A stretch of DNA of 61,983 nt, the filler included, from Globobulimina sp. (taxonomy: Eukaryota), in assembly GCA_003354225.1 (NCBI GenBank). It is 24 parts of 24 records of this genome, joined end to end, with 100 filler letters (N's around TTAATTAATTAA, not from the genome) between each part and the next. Parts side by side here need not be neighbours in the genome. Positions count along the whole stretch, not along the records: positions 1 to 2,488 come from PIVH01006378.1; positions 2,589 to 5,076 come from PIVH01006379.1; positions 5,177 to 7,664 come from PIVH01006380.1; positions 7,765 to 10,252 come from PIVH01006381.1; positions 10,353 to 12,840 come from PIVH01006382.1; 19 more parts are not named here. One strand, given 5' to 3'. Shown piece by piece: positions 1-11,208 of the stretch. Every line of letters begins with the position of its first letter. Position 1 is the first letter of the stretch. The notes beneath the pieces are model-generated. The model searched no databases. It was given only the letters and a program-made list of their open reading frames with translations, and was not told the DNA's origin. The translations under genes were made by a program, and so were the position numbers.

Positions 1-19
1 ATGTTCAATATTACAAGCA

Positions 20-913
20 TTAGCAATAAATTAGGACAAGATTTCGTATCAAAAAGATTAAATAATATGGACACAATAATTGAAAAACACGACATTTATG
101 GCGTATCAATATCCTTAATAATTTATTTTGTTGCTCTGCAGTGAACTCATTGAAAATATCAATGATAAATTGACCGATATTGACGTTATTTAAAATATAA
201 TGATTGATCACGGAGCGGTTTGTAATTGTATTGCGTTGAAAAAATAATCTATTTAACCATTGTTGTACAGTATCATGCGACTGATAATAAGCAATGATAG
301 TTGACATAATGTTGGATGACACATAAACTCTGTTGTCATAATTTGTAAATACATGGTTGGCGCTGTCATCTGCGGAGGAGGTCAATAATGCGTTTTCGAC
401 GCTGTTGCTGTTATTTTGTGATAATATTGGCATCACATAATCGGTATTTTTCTTTTTTAGGCCATTTATGGACACTTTTCCAGGATGGCCAACAGAATCA
501 GGCATATTCCATACAACGCGTCTATCAGAAATAGAATATCTCCTTTTTTCATGGTCATAGACCATGAATGATTTAATAAATCCATATATTAATAAAGTAT
601 CAGTGACACAGTGTTTGAATAATTTATTGCTCCATTCTCGTTGACCGGTGCTGTCATCGTTTGTTTTTTTAATAAGTGATTTCATCTCAAATATCATTTG
701 GTGATATATATAGGCTTTGCATTGTAAGCGAGTGTTGTCGTCGATGCCGCCGTCGCGAATACATTGTAATGCATTTAAAAAGTTAACGGTACCTTGGCCC
801 ATAATTAATATTGTCACCGTGTTTTGGGAGAGTTTCTCCTCTTCGTCTAATTTTTTTTGAATACCATCACATTTCTCTTTTTCACGTTTCCTCTCTGATA
901 CGTTATTACCCAT
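20..913 (-). CDS. Degenerate heterotrimeric G-protein alpha-like protein (N-terminal similarity only)
   Basis: Starts MGNNVS (myristoylation-type). A charged helix (IQKKLDEE) follows, then VTILIMGQG...LNALQCIRDGG...YIYHQMI, colinear with the G-alpha N-terminus KLLLLGAGESGKSTIxKQxxIIHxxG. The GKS(T) of the P-loop is absent. Confidence 0.55.
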   Translation of the reverse strand: MGNNVSERKREKEKCDGIQKKLDEEEKLSQNTVTILIMGQGTVNFLNALQCIRDGGIDDNTRLQCKAYIYHQMIFEMKSLIKKTNDDSTGQREWSNKLFKHCVTDTLLIYGFIKSFMVYDHEKRRYSISDRRVVWNMPDSVGHPGKVSINGLKKKNTDYVMPILSQNNSNSVENALLTSSADDSANHVFTNYDNRVYVSSNIMSTIIAYYQSHDTVQQWLNRLFFQRNTITNRSVINHYILNNVNIGQFIIDIFNEFTAEQQNKLLRILIRHKCRVFQLLCPYYLIFLIRNLVLIYC

Positions 914-1130
914 TATTTTATTTAATTAATTGACCGACAAACCAGAGGTAATTGTTTAATGGTAAACTAGTTAAAAACTGTTCGCTGTTTCTGAAAAACA
1001 CCACAGATACCGAGTACCTTACAGATGATCATTCCTTTAGAAAGGGTATAATAATCTATCTGTATTTTTACTTAATATAACTTATAACATCCACATCAAC
1101 CATACACAGGTTAGACGATTAATTGTCATA

Positions 1131-2435
1131 TTGCTTATAATATGGCTGCTCATTGGTTTGTCAGATTTAGTAATGAGTAATATCTACACATCCAAGCCAT
1201 TTATTCAATATTATTTATTATTTCCATCGGGTTTTCCAGTCATTCTAATTTATTTTATCATTGCATTTGTTTCAATTTTGATCAATGCCGCATGGATTGT
1301 CATTGATTATTATCCAGTTCAAATGTTTGGATCTTATATTCCAAGCCGTTGGAACTGTAAATGGTCAAATGTTTGGAAAGCATTAATCATTTCATTCGTT
1401 GCAACAATCTTATTTGCTTTATCACCATTAATTAGTTTACCAATTGTAATTTTTATATGCGCCAAAAGCGCAAAAGCACGAATGTTAGATTATCCATATG
1501 CTGATAAAATATTTGGTGCCATTCGTGATATAAATGCAAATTTTAACGAGAATATTATACAGTTATTACCAAATGGAAACACGTTATGGCATAATACATT
1601 ATATTTACGTTGTTTATTTTGTACATCATTCCATTTGGTGGTACATAATAAGGACAGAAAATGTTATATAAAGGCATTGCTGCATATTATCAAAATATCA
1701 ATGAATACAAATAACACAAATAATACAATTGCAAGCAAAGTGGAGAGCATATATTTGGAATATTTTGTGGATAAACATTTGGATTATTATTATTCAAAAG
1801 CTTCAATGGATGGATTAAAAGGTTATGCCAGAGATTACGTTTATATGTTGGTTTATATATTTTGTGTTGAAATCGGATTATTTTGGACATTGACTGTAGT
1901 CTTAGTATACCCTGTAATTGATAGACAAAATGAAAACATATTGACTATGATTTGGATATCAAGAGATGTTTTACATTTGATATTGTTTGTATTGATAATA
2001 GTTTTATACTTTGAACAGATTAAAAGTGAGATAAAATATAGGTTTTGTTGGAAACATCCCAGTGCGGGGCGGGTACGTTATCATTATCGAAAATGTTATG
2101 AATTTATGTATAGGATATTATGGTTTTGTATTGCAAGGGATACGATACATGATTGTATTATAAATATAGTGGATATTAATGATAATGAAGATGTTAAATG
2201 GATGGAACATATGATTATTGAATATTGTGTTGGTTATAAAGCAGTGTCAATGAATGATGTTGATGCATGGGATAATATGATATATGCGAATCGAAAGTAT
2301 TTCTCAGAGAGTGAGCAATGGGCCAATGAGGAGACAGTGCGTCTCAAAGGGTTGAACCATTATGTCCACAACAAAGACGTTAGTTTAAGTGGTGTTTTTC
2401 CTGTCAAAATTATGATGTTGCTGCAGGCGCAATAA
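1131..2435 (+). CDS. Multi-pass membrane protein, unknown function
   Basis: 434-aa ORF with several long hydrophobic segments; no family motif recognised. Confidence 0.6.
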   Translation: MLIIWLLIGLSDLVMSNIYTSKPFIQYYLLFPSGFPVILIYFIIAFVSILINAAWIVIDYYPVQMFGSYIPSRWNCKWSNVWKALIISFVATILFALSPLISLPIVIFICAKSAKARMLDYPYADKIFGAIRDINANFNENIIQLLPNGNTLWHNTLYLRCLFCTSFHLVVHNKDRKCYIKALLHIIKISMNTNNTNNTIASKVESIYLEYFVDKHLDYYYSKASMDGLKGYARDYVYMLVYIFCVEIGLFWTLTVVLVYPVIDRQNENILTMIWISRDVLHLILFVLIIVLYFEQIKSEIKYRFCWKHPSAGRVRYHYRKCYEFMYRILWFCIARDTIHDCIINIVDINDNEDVKWMEHMIIEYCVGYKAVSMNDVDAWDNMIYANRKYFSESEQWANEETVRLKGLNHYVHNKDVSLSGVFPVKIMMLLQAQ

Positions 2436-2488
2436 CGGAAATATTTATTGAAATTTCATAATTTTCATAATTTTCATCGCGTGCATTT

Positions 2489-2588
2489 NNNNNNNNNNNN
2501 NNNNNNNNNNNNNNNNNNNNNNNNNNNNNNNNTTAATTAATTAANNNNNNNNNNNNNNNNNNNNNNNNNNNNNNNNNNNNNNNNNNNN
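2489..2588. other. Artificial contig-joining spacer (first of 23; recurs about every 2.59 kb)
   Basis: N44-TTAATTAATTAA-N44, with stops in all six frames. The flanking contigs are unrelated and about 2488 to 2485 nt long in descending order. Confidence 0.98.
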
Positions 2589-2954
2589 AAACAAAAGGTA
2601 ATTGATGTATTAAAACATTTTCTTGCCATTATTGCAATATTCCTCATGTAATATAGAATATTCCTTGTATTAGTACATAACATAAGCTATTACCTGTAAT
2701 AAAACGAACCACGCAACGAATAATATCTTGACAAATCCATTGTTTTGTTGTGCCATTAAATACGTTGGATTGTGCTTGTGATTTAATAACCAATGTGATC
2801 CCATGACTGTGCGTGTTTGTTTGTTTGTGTATTATTGATTTAAAAGTGAGATCAGCAACGTTTCTGTTCTTATTTATATGTTGTCGGAGCTTTTAATGCA
2901 AGTCAAGGACAAAATCATTCATTTAAGCTGGTTTTAATCTTAGTTGGACATTAT

Positions 2955-4739
2955 ATGAAAAACCTTAAACACATGGCATTTAAAGGTTTACAACCAAATA
3001 AAAATGTGGATACACAAAATGCATACAAATCAGCATACACCAAAGCTGTACGAAATTCGATTCTGGATTTGCGAGCAAAAGGTATCACCGAATTGCCGGT
3101 TGGAATTTTTCAACTCCATGAATTTGTACCAGATGATAATGGATGGTGGGAATTGTTGGTACCACACACATTGTTATTAACTCACAATAATATTCAAAAT
3201 TTAAATGCACCAAATAATTATAACTGGAGCAATGCCTGGAAAAGCTTACAAACTTTAAACATAGCATACAATAAAATTGATGAAATTCCGTCGGAGATAT
3301 TAAAATTAGAATTTTTGCGGAAATTAATGTTTCATCATAATAATTTAACAAATATTTGCTTTGCTGGTTCACCATCACAGAATTTAATGCATATTGAATT
3401 ACAGAACAACAAACTACAATCTTTGGATGAAAATATTGGACAATGCATAAATTTACAATATTTAAACATCTCCCATAATAATTTATTATATCTTCCTCAA
3501 TCATTGTCAAAGTGTATTAATTTACAATTATTTGAAGCTACAAACAATAAAATTAGCGGTGATTTAAACAATATAAATTTTTCAAAATTGTCCTTATTAA
3601 AAGAGTTTGATATTTCAAACAATAACATAACATCAATAGGTTCATCATTGTTTTTTTTACCATCATTATATCGATTATCTGCGACACAAAATAAAATAAA
3701 TAAAATCTGTACTAGCAATAATAAAGAAAATGAATTTGAACAAAAACAAGATTCCCAATCGCATTTAATTGAATTATATTTAGGAAACAACAATTTATCA
3801 CAATTTCCTTTTGATTCATTGAGATTGCATTCATTAAAATTATTGGATTTGAAATGCAATAAATTTGAGAAAATTGATAAAAATGTTTGTGAATGTTGTG
3901 TTAATTTAGAAAGATTTGATATTTCTGGCAACGATTTGCAAGATATCCCCGCGGAATTATCATTGATGCGAAGTATAAAAACAGTTATTATTAAAGGAAA
4001 TCCTTTGCGAAGAATGAACAAATCGGTGTTTAATAATGATTCACTTTTATTAATAAATTATTTACGAAAACGATTAAAAAAAGTAGAAAATATGGGAAAT
4101 ATTGATATTAATTCAAGGCATAAATTAGATGCAAATAATATACAAAATGGAGAATTAAAATTAAATAAACATAATTTATTATCATTACCTTTAAATATGT
4201 GCAAAATGGTAAATTTATGTCATTTAGAATTGGATGATAATAACTTATCGGATATTGATGATTTAAAATATTGCAAACATTTGAAACATTTAAGCGCAAA
4301 ACAAAATAATATTTGCCATATAACAGCATTATTGGGATTGGATAAATTGCAAGTTATTGATTTAAGCGTTAATAAATTACAAACAAAAATGATTTCGGAT
4401 TTGAATATCTGGCCAGATTTATATAGTTTGAGGTTAAGTTATAATCAAATGACAAATGTATCAAAACTGCTGCAATGTATAAGTTCAAAAAATATGAATC
4501 TTTTAGATATCGGAAATAATAAAATTAACGTATTTCCTCATTCTATTTTAGATTGGAAATTATTGCAAGTTTTGGATTTATCAAATAATGATTTATCGCA
4601 AATTCCTTTTACATTGGGTGCACTCAATAAATTGAATTCATTAATGCTGTTTGGAAATAACTTACGAAGAATGCAAAATGTTATCAATCACGGAAATACA
4701 CAAAAAATATTGGAGTGGCTCAAAAATAGAATTCATTGA
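2955..4739 (+). CDS. Leucine-rich repeat protein (LRRC40-like)
   Basis: Many LxxLxLxxNxL repeats; N-terminal GWWE motif; two GNPLRR/GNNLRR...LxxR cap motifs. Confidence 0.85.
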   Translation: MKNLKHMAFKGLQPNKNVDTQNAYKSAYTKAVRNSILDLRAKGITELPVGIFQLHEFVPDDNGWWELLVPHTLLLTHNNIQNLNAPNNYNWSNAWKSLQTLNIAYNKIDEIPSEILKLEFLRKLMFHHNNLTNICFAGSPSQNLMHIELQNNKLQSLDENIGQCINLQYLNISHNNLLYLPQSLSKCINLQLFEATNNKISGDLNNINFSKLSLLKEFDISNNNITSIGSSLFFLPSLYRLSATQNKINKICTSNNKENEFEQKQDSQSHLIELYLGNNNLSQFPFDSLRLHSLKLLDLKCNKFEKIDKNVCECCVNLERFDISGNDLQDIPAELSLMRSIKTVIIKGNPLRRMNKSVFNNDSLLLINYLRKRLKKVENMGNIDINSRHKLDANNIQNGELKLNKHNLLSLPLNMCKMVNLCHLELDDNNLSDIDDLKYCKHLKHLSAKQNNICHITALLGLDKLQVIDLSVNKLQTKMISDLNIWPDLYSLRLSYNQMTNVSKLLQCISSKNMNLLDIGNNKINVFPHSILDWKLLQVLDLSNNDLSQIPFTLGALNKLNSLMLFGNNLRRMQNVINHGNTQKILEWLKNRIH

Positions 4740-5276
4740 ATATTAAATTTGACTCTGATTTGTTTTTAATTTTTCATATAAATTGACAATATTTACATTT
4801 TAATTTGCCAAAATACTGATAAGCTGCAAAATGTATTTTGCTTACTACCCCCAAAATCTTGCTAATCGTTGAAAAGTTAACGAAAGTAAATTAATTTTGT
4901 ATTTCTATTAGTTATCACCATCTTCAGTTCCGGATATGATGGCCATGGTTAAGCGCTTTTGGAGTTTGCTTTGGGTTTTTAAGAGTAAGTTTTTGATATT
5001 GAAACCTTCGCATATTTTACAACACTACATGTCAACTTTGACATTTAACAACAAACTTTTGAGCATAATTGATGCANNNNNNNNNNNNNNNNNNNNNNNN
5101 NNNNNNNNNNNNNNNNNNNNTTAATTAATTAANNNNNNNNNNNNNNNNNNNNNNNNNNNNNNNNNNNNNNNNNNNNATTATAAACCAACGACAAGTACGT
5201 GAAGGTGATAATCATTTTCCAAATGAACTTTAATTAAGTTTTTACTTTTTCTGTTGAACTTTTACTTGCACTTTAC

Positions 5277-7563
5277 ATGTCGTCTGTGGCTGATGGAAAA
5301 CTAGTCAAACCACTGTATGCTGCCTTTATTACCATTGTGACGCATATATATAAAAGAAACTAAACCAATATTATTTTCTAGATTACATGAACCAGAAAAT
5401 GAACCTTTAGCTTACAAATTGGACCAGAAAAATACAGGATTACAAATTGGAGCACCAACGATTCCTCTCAATGACGATGAACATAAATCAAATTCAAATC
5501 TATGGCTTCGTTTCAATGATATAAGATTATCAATTCTCGATTCAAATTCCGAGAATCAAGATAAGTTTATATTAGATGGCATATCCGGTGAAGCATTTGG
5601 CGGTGAATTATATGGCATAATTGGTGCATCGGGTGGTGGCAAAACCACATTACTCTCAGTTCTAAGTGGTAGAATTGGCAGAGTCGATGGATTATCATCA
5701 AAATGTAATATTTATGGAAATGTTCAATTGAATGATACCAGAATGAGTTGCTCCAATGTCCGCAATTTTGAATATTTACGTGATTCGACGGCTTTTGTGT
5801 TGCAGGAAGACTTATTATTACCAACAGAATTGGCCAGGGAAGCGATTCAAGTGTCTGCTTTGTTGAGGTACTGTAGTTCAGAAAATATATACTTGCTATG
5901 ATTTGCATGTCAAAAATTGCTAACAATTCAATTTATATTTTTTGATTTTTAATGCATATAAATTGAACTAAATACGAGGCTCTGTTTGTTGTGATTGAAT
6001 ATCTGCAATATCCATATCCATGGACAATATTATCAGTTATATACAAATCATAGACACACTCCCAATGTACTGTTAATTTTAAGATTGCCAAAGAGTATGA
6101 ATAAGCAGCAAAAACTGAATAAAGCACAAGAAATATTATCATCATTGGATTTGACCGATGTGCAAGAAACGAAAATCGGTGGTATTGGAGTGCGTGGCTT
6201 ATCCGGTGGCGAACGCAAACGTGTTAGTATTGGCATTGAATTAGTAACAAATCCTGAAATGTTAATGCTGGACGAACCAACATCTGGGCTCGACAGCGCC
6301 ATTGCCTTCCAAACCATGCTATTATTGAAGAAATTAGCAAATAACGGTAAGTTAGTAATTGCCTCATTACATCAACCATCATCTGAGATATTTAACACTT
6401 TGGATCGTGTTTTAATATTAGCGAAAGGAAAGGCAATCTATGAAGGAAAAGCTTCGTTATTACCGCAATATTTAAGTTCCATCGGTTATCAATGTCCAAG
6501 ATATTCAAACATTGCTGACTTTATTTTACAACACGTGTCTGCTGAAACAGTTTTTTTTATCTCTTCGTGGGATGAATATTTAAAAAAGAATCCAACCCAC
6601 GAACCGATTGCAAAAGCACCCTCGAAAGTGGTGGATTATTCAAAATTAGACATTAATGCCACCAAAATGGCCCCATTTTGCAGTCAAATCAGAATTTTAA
6701 TGAGGCGACAATTTTTAGTATTTATTCGAGACAAAGTACCAACATTTGTCCGCTTTGGACAAGCTTGTTTTACAGCGTTATTAGAAGGAGCTTTGTGGTA
6801 TAATTTGACTGCAATCGACGATATTAATTATTATATAACAATAAATGACGAGAAGCAAGAAAGTAATGTGATGATTGAGAATATGAATAATAGGTTTGGC
6901 GGAATATTCTTTGCGTGCACGTTTTCGGCGATGAATGCGATCATGACCGCAAACTTAACATTCCCTGCACAGAGACTAGTTTTTCAGAAAGAAAGAGTTG
7001 GGAATTGGTATTATACGCTGCCGTGGATATTTGCAAAATCATGCATTGATTTGCCAGTGACTGGAATAGTGATATTGCCGTTTAGCATTATTGTGAAATA
7101 TATGGTTGGTTTTCATACTGAATGGTATGAACTATTTATGATATTATCACTGATTGCGTTGGTTGCTGATTCAATGGGCTTTTTGTTAGGTTGTGTTGCT
7201 AAAAGACCAGACGTTGCGATGCAATTAACGCCAATGACTATTATTCCGTTGTTTTTGTTTAGTAATTTCTTTGTGTCAAATAAAACTATCCCGGTTTGGA
7301 TACGATGGGTTCAATGGATCGACTGTTTTTATTATGGGACGGAGGCACTTTGCATTTATGAATTTGATGGGAGGATATCTGCGGATGGAGTGGATGTTGG
7401 CGCTTCTTTTTTGGATATGTTTGATATGAAACCAGATAATAAGATGAGAAATATATATGCTTTGATAGGCTTATTCGTTGGATTTCGAGCGATTGCAATA
7501 TCGGTTTTGATTGCTTATTCTGGGTTTTTGATGGCCCAAATGTCTAAAAAGACAACGATTTAG
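5277..7563 (+). CDS. ABCG (White-like) half transporter; exons 5277-5314, 5382-5867, 6084-7563
   Basis: Walker A GASGGGKTT, signature LSGGERKRVSIG, Walker B LMLDEPTSGLD, H-loop LHQP, C-terminal ABC2 membrane domain. GT-AG introns 5315-5381 and 5868-6083 restore the frame and the ALLRLP motif. Confidence 0.93.
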
Positions 7564-7764
7564 GCCGATACTAGGAAAATAGATATTAAAAATAGAAAGT
7601 GTTATGAAAACAGAATTTAAAGAACAGTTTGATTTAATTTCACGCGGTGCAGTTGATATCCTGCNNNNNNNNNNNNNNNNNNNNNNNNNNNNNNNNNNNN
7701 NNNNNNNNTTAATTAATTAANNNNNNNNNNNNNNNNNNNNNNNNNNNNNNNNNNNNNNNNNNNN

Positions 7765-9096
7765 AGTTGCTATTATCACTTGGATATATCATTCGGATAT
7801 TTCTAGCCTTGAATGTTTCCAATAACTGAGCCACATCAATCAAAGTTGGTACAGTAATACATTCCTCTTCGGTATGATATACCAATACAGCTTTTCCATT
7901 GACAGAATCTTTTATCAAACATTGATTCTGATCATTCCTCCCAAACGCCCATAAACCTCCATCTTCGTCCTTTGCAAAACAATGTTTTTGTCCGGGATAA
8001 ACCTCAACAATCCTCTTATCGGCAAATCTCAACCTTTTCGGAGCACATATTTGCGAATCCAGATTCATTGGGTTTTCCTCACAGCGGTGTTCCTCACCAC
8101 ACTGACAATACAAATTACTGCCCCATACATATAATTCATGAGTCATTGATATTACATAAACTGTAGAATCTCCACAATAAATATTCTCTACTTTGATATT
8201 ATTCTTCTTCAAATATTCACTCTTTGCTACTTTTTGTTGATAAGTTATCCTTCCCGCGGACCCTATTGTATATCCAACGTCATACAAATCATTATTACCA
8301 TCAACAAAAAATGACGATCTCATACTCGCTCTTATTTTAATAATTTTGAGGCCATCCAAATCCAACAGCGTTAATTTTGAAAGCTGTTTTTTTTGCTGTT
8401 TTGAATGAAAAATAATATATTTTTAATAGAAAACACCTTTTCAATATCCTTTGGAAGCCCTAATTGATAATATCTGTTATGCCCAACACCGTAAACCTTT
8501 CCATATTGTGTTAAAAATAATGAATGCTCTCTGCCATTTTCTATCTGAATAATGTTAGATTTGAATGGAATATCAACCATTTGGGGAATCATTACATTGG
8601 ATTCGCTGTCCACAGCACATTGTTTGTACCAATTATTGCCAAATGAATATAGTTTTGTGTCATTGAAATGTGTTAGTAATAAATATGTATGACATGAGTT
8701 GAAACATTGTGAATTTGATATATTTTCAAAAAATTCATTCAGTTCAAGATTGTGCGGGAATATTTTTCCACCATCAAACTGTTTTTCTTGGCACAGTCCA
8801 AGCTGTCCATCCTCATTATCGCCTGCTACATATAAATGATTATTTACTGTCACAAAGAAAGCAGCTCTTCCATTGATATAAACCTGTTTCATCTCATCAT
8901 TCATCTTCATTTCTTCAAACACATTTGCATCGGTATCGTCTGTGGATAATTTCACTAATCTTAGGTCATAAAAATATCGATATGTAATGCGTAATATTCC
9001 ATTGATCATATGTGAATCTTCAATCTTTATTCTGCGGCAAAATCCGTAAATGAGTAACCTATATCTTTGTCGTAGCAATTCTGTTTGTAAAGACAT
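7765..9096 (-). CDS. RCC1/BLIP-II repeat protein, 3'-truncated; intron 8384-8436
   Basis: RCC1 motifs GDNEDGQLGL, GREHSLFLT..GKVYGVGHNRYYQLGL, YVWGSNLYCQCG, LWAFGRNDQNQC. A 53-nt GT-AG intron joins the two ORFs. Confidence 0.88.
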
Positions 9097-9456
9097 TTGT
9101 AACTTAGATTTTAAACACTATTATCAATCAATTTTCTAGTTTTCCAGGCTTTGATGTTTACCTAAAAAAACTTTTAGATTTTGAACAAACATTTACTTTT
9201 ATAAAAACTTTCGTGTTATTTTTATCCTTGCACACAAGCGATCTGTGTAAAAACACATTAAAATACCTTATTTATTAATATTCATAAAACAAATTAAAAC
9301 ATTCACTTTTTTGTTTTTACATTTCTAAAACATCATAAAATGCATCAAAAAACAACATAAAACAGCACAAAAACACAAAAAACAATGTATAAACACGTGT
9401 ATTGTTTGCAGTGCACGTGACACAAATTAGAAATATATGTACAACAAATCAAATAA

Positions 9457-9747
9457 TTAAGTTTTTTGCAATTGGAATCTATATGAATAATTTCCTTTGG
9501 ATGCATTTAATTCGAGTGGTGTGGCATCGTTTAGTGGATGGATAATTTGACTGTCTCCATTATTGATACAATCTGCGATTTTCTTAAATTCACTTTCGAC
9601 ATCTTTATAATCCTCCTCTCCATACATTACCTCCCATGTTTGCTTTGTTACCTTGTCCTCAATTTGAATGGTTATAGTTTTATCATTTGGTTCCATCTCA
9701 AAATGCATTTTATAATCATGCTTCTTTGGCACATACGCATTCGCCAT
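9457..9747 (-). CDS. Small hypothetical protein (96 aa)
   Basis: ATG-to-stop ORF with globular composition; AT-rich flanks. Confidence 0.55.
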   Translation of the reverse strand: MANAYVPKKHDYKMHFEMEPNDKTITIQIEDKVTKQTWEVMYGEEDYKDVESEFKKIADCINNGDSQIIHPLNDATPLELNASKGNYSYRFQLQKT

Positions 9748-9913
9748 CTACGTATAATACTTAATAAGTAACATCATTCAAAACAACAGATACTGGCCAT
9801 ACCGATGATATTGACTATGTTTATAAAAAATGTTTCAGAATGATATAATAAGACGTTTTTGAAAACTTCCGTTAAGTGAACTTATTCATCAACAAAAATC
9901 CTTTTCAATCACA

Positions 9914-10252
9914 ATGTCACATCAAATATTAGACGACAAAAAGGATAAAAAATGTATCGAATCATTTATCCCAGCCACCCAAATCGACGTAAACAACATC
10001 TCCCTCGGCACCCAAATCTATTACCTCTACAAAGAAGAAGACGACAATACGATCCTCTCCTGGTATTGGGGTATGTCCATTGCTCACCTTTCTCCATCCA
10101 CACACTCCGAAAAACCAACATAAACAAAATGTAACAGGATGTGTCATCGAGATCGACAAAACTAAAAAAAACGGAGAATATTATCATATATGGCATGACG
10201 ATGAAGAGCCATGGATTGATCTATCAAAAGACAGAAAGGATTGGAAACAAAT
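9914..10252 (+). CDS. Tudor/SH3-fold-like small domain protein, truncated; intron about 10071-10138
   Basis: Spliced reading LGTQIYYLY...WYWG-CVIEID...YHIWHDDEEPWIDL resembles a Tudor-like beta barrel; GTATGT donor and AACAG acceptor. Confidence 0.5.
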
Positions 10253-10352
10253 NNNNNNNNNNNNNNNNNNNNNNNNNNNNNNNNNNNNNNNNNNNNTTAA
10301 TTAATTAANNNNNNNNNNNNNNNNNNNNNNNNNNNNNNNNNNNNNNNNNNNN

Positions 10353-10424
10353 GGGGCAAGTGGTTCAATTTATGCGAAGTTGCTTTTAAAGAAATTGGGA
10401 GAGATTAAAGAGCAGTGGTCCCAA
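10353..10424 (+). pseudogene. ubiX: Fragment resembling the N-terminus of bacterial UbiX flavin prenyltransferase
   Basis: Translates GASGSIYAKLLLKKLGEIKEQWSQ, matching the (T)GASGxxY FMN-binding start of UbiX. It is fused in opposite orientation to the DUF1445 gene. Confidence 0.55.
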
Positions 10425-11103
10425 TGTGGATTGGTATTCCATTAGATTTAGTATATTTGTTGCATATTGTTTGCATTTTATCGATTTGTGTTGATTTGAT
10501 TGGTCGCATTGAGACAACCAAGTAATTATTTTCAAAATATTCAAAATCTTTTAATTTAATATTTGTAATATACATTGATACATTTCGATTCATTTCATAA
10601 TGTCTCATACTTATACCATTTTCAATCAATTCATTTTCAAACGAAAAAGAACAGCCAAATATAAATGATGAAAGATTTTCATTTTCATTCTCCCAAATTT
10701 CAGAAACATCATTCAATTCAATAAAGTCATACTTATTGTTTTTTGATTTATTAATAAAATGATATCTGTATTTTGGTAAACAATATCTAATATCACAATT
10801 ACTGTTTGCTACAATTTGTGTGAATGGATTGCCATTTTTTAATCTTTCCAATATGGTAATATAACTATCATTTCTTTTGCACCATTCATTGAACACTGTT
10901 GCCGATGGTTGTGGTAATATGACCACATTTCCTTGAACATATTCCTTTGCCAAACCTACAGTGTCTTCTTTGTATTCTCCATTTATTATATGATGACGTA
11001 TTGTTGATGGAATTGCTTCTTTTAAATCGCATTTTGAAAGTGATGCAAATGTTCTTGTGCAAATTTTATATAAACTCATCAACTCTTCTCTAAATATACA
11101 CAA
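10405..11103 (-). CDS. DUF1445 / D-glutamate cyclase-like (putative hydro-lyase), C-terminally truncated
   Basis: Motifs VQGNVVILP, DIRYCLPKY, GCSFSFENEL, NVSMYITN, VVSMRP, GIPIHIG. Similarity stops abruptly after HIG. Confidence 0.85.
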   Translation of the reverse strand: MCIFREELMSLYKICTRTFASLSKCDLKEAIPSTIRHHIINGEYKEDTVGLAKEYVQGNVVILPQPSATVFNEWCKRNDSYITILERLKNGNPFTQIVANSNCDIRYCLPKYRYHFINKSKNNKYDFIELNDVSEIWENENENLSSFIFGCSFSFENELIENGISMRHYEMNRNVSMYITNIKLKDFEYFENNYLVVSMRPIKSTQIDKMQTICNKYTKSNGIPIHIGTTAL

Positions 11104-11208
11104 TATTTTTCTTCACTAACTCATAATGGCTTCGTTAGATTTTACTGAGGTTCATTCTCTTTATTTAATGCATATGACTAGCCATACAAATATCTGATTT
11201 AAAAGGAC

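Noticed and set aside
2489-2588. Regularly spaced TTAATTAATTAA palindromes flanked by Ns
   Set aside because: Artificial linker with six-frame stops. ORFs ending in X...LIN and any cross-spacer gene neighbourhoods are artefacts.
3085-4329. Antisense ORFs over the LRR gene, and similar shadow ORFs over the ABCG, UBR, PIKfyve and other genes
   Set aside because: They lie opposite or out of frame to well-supported genes and carry no motifs.
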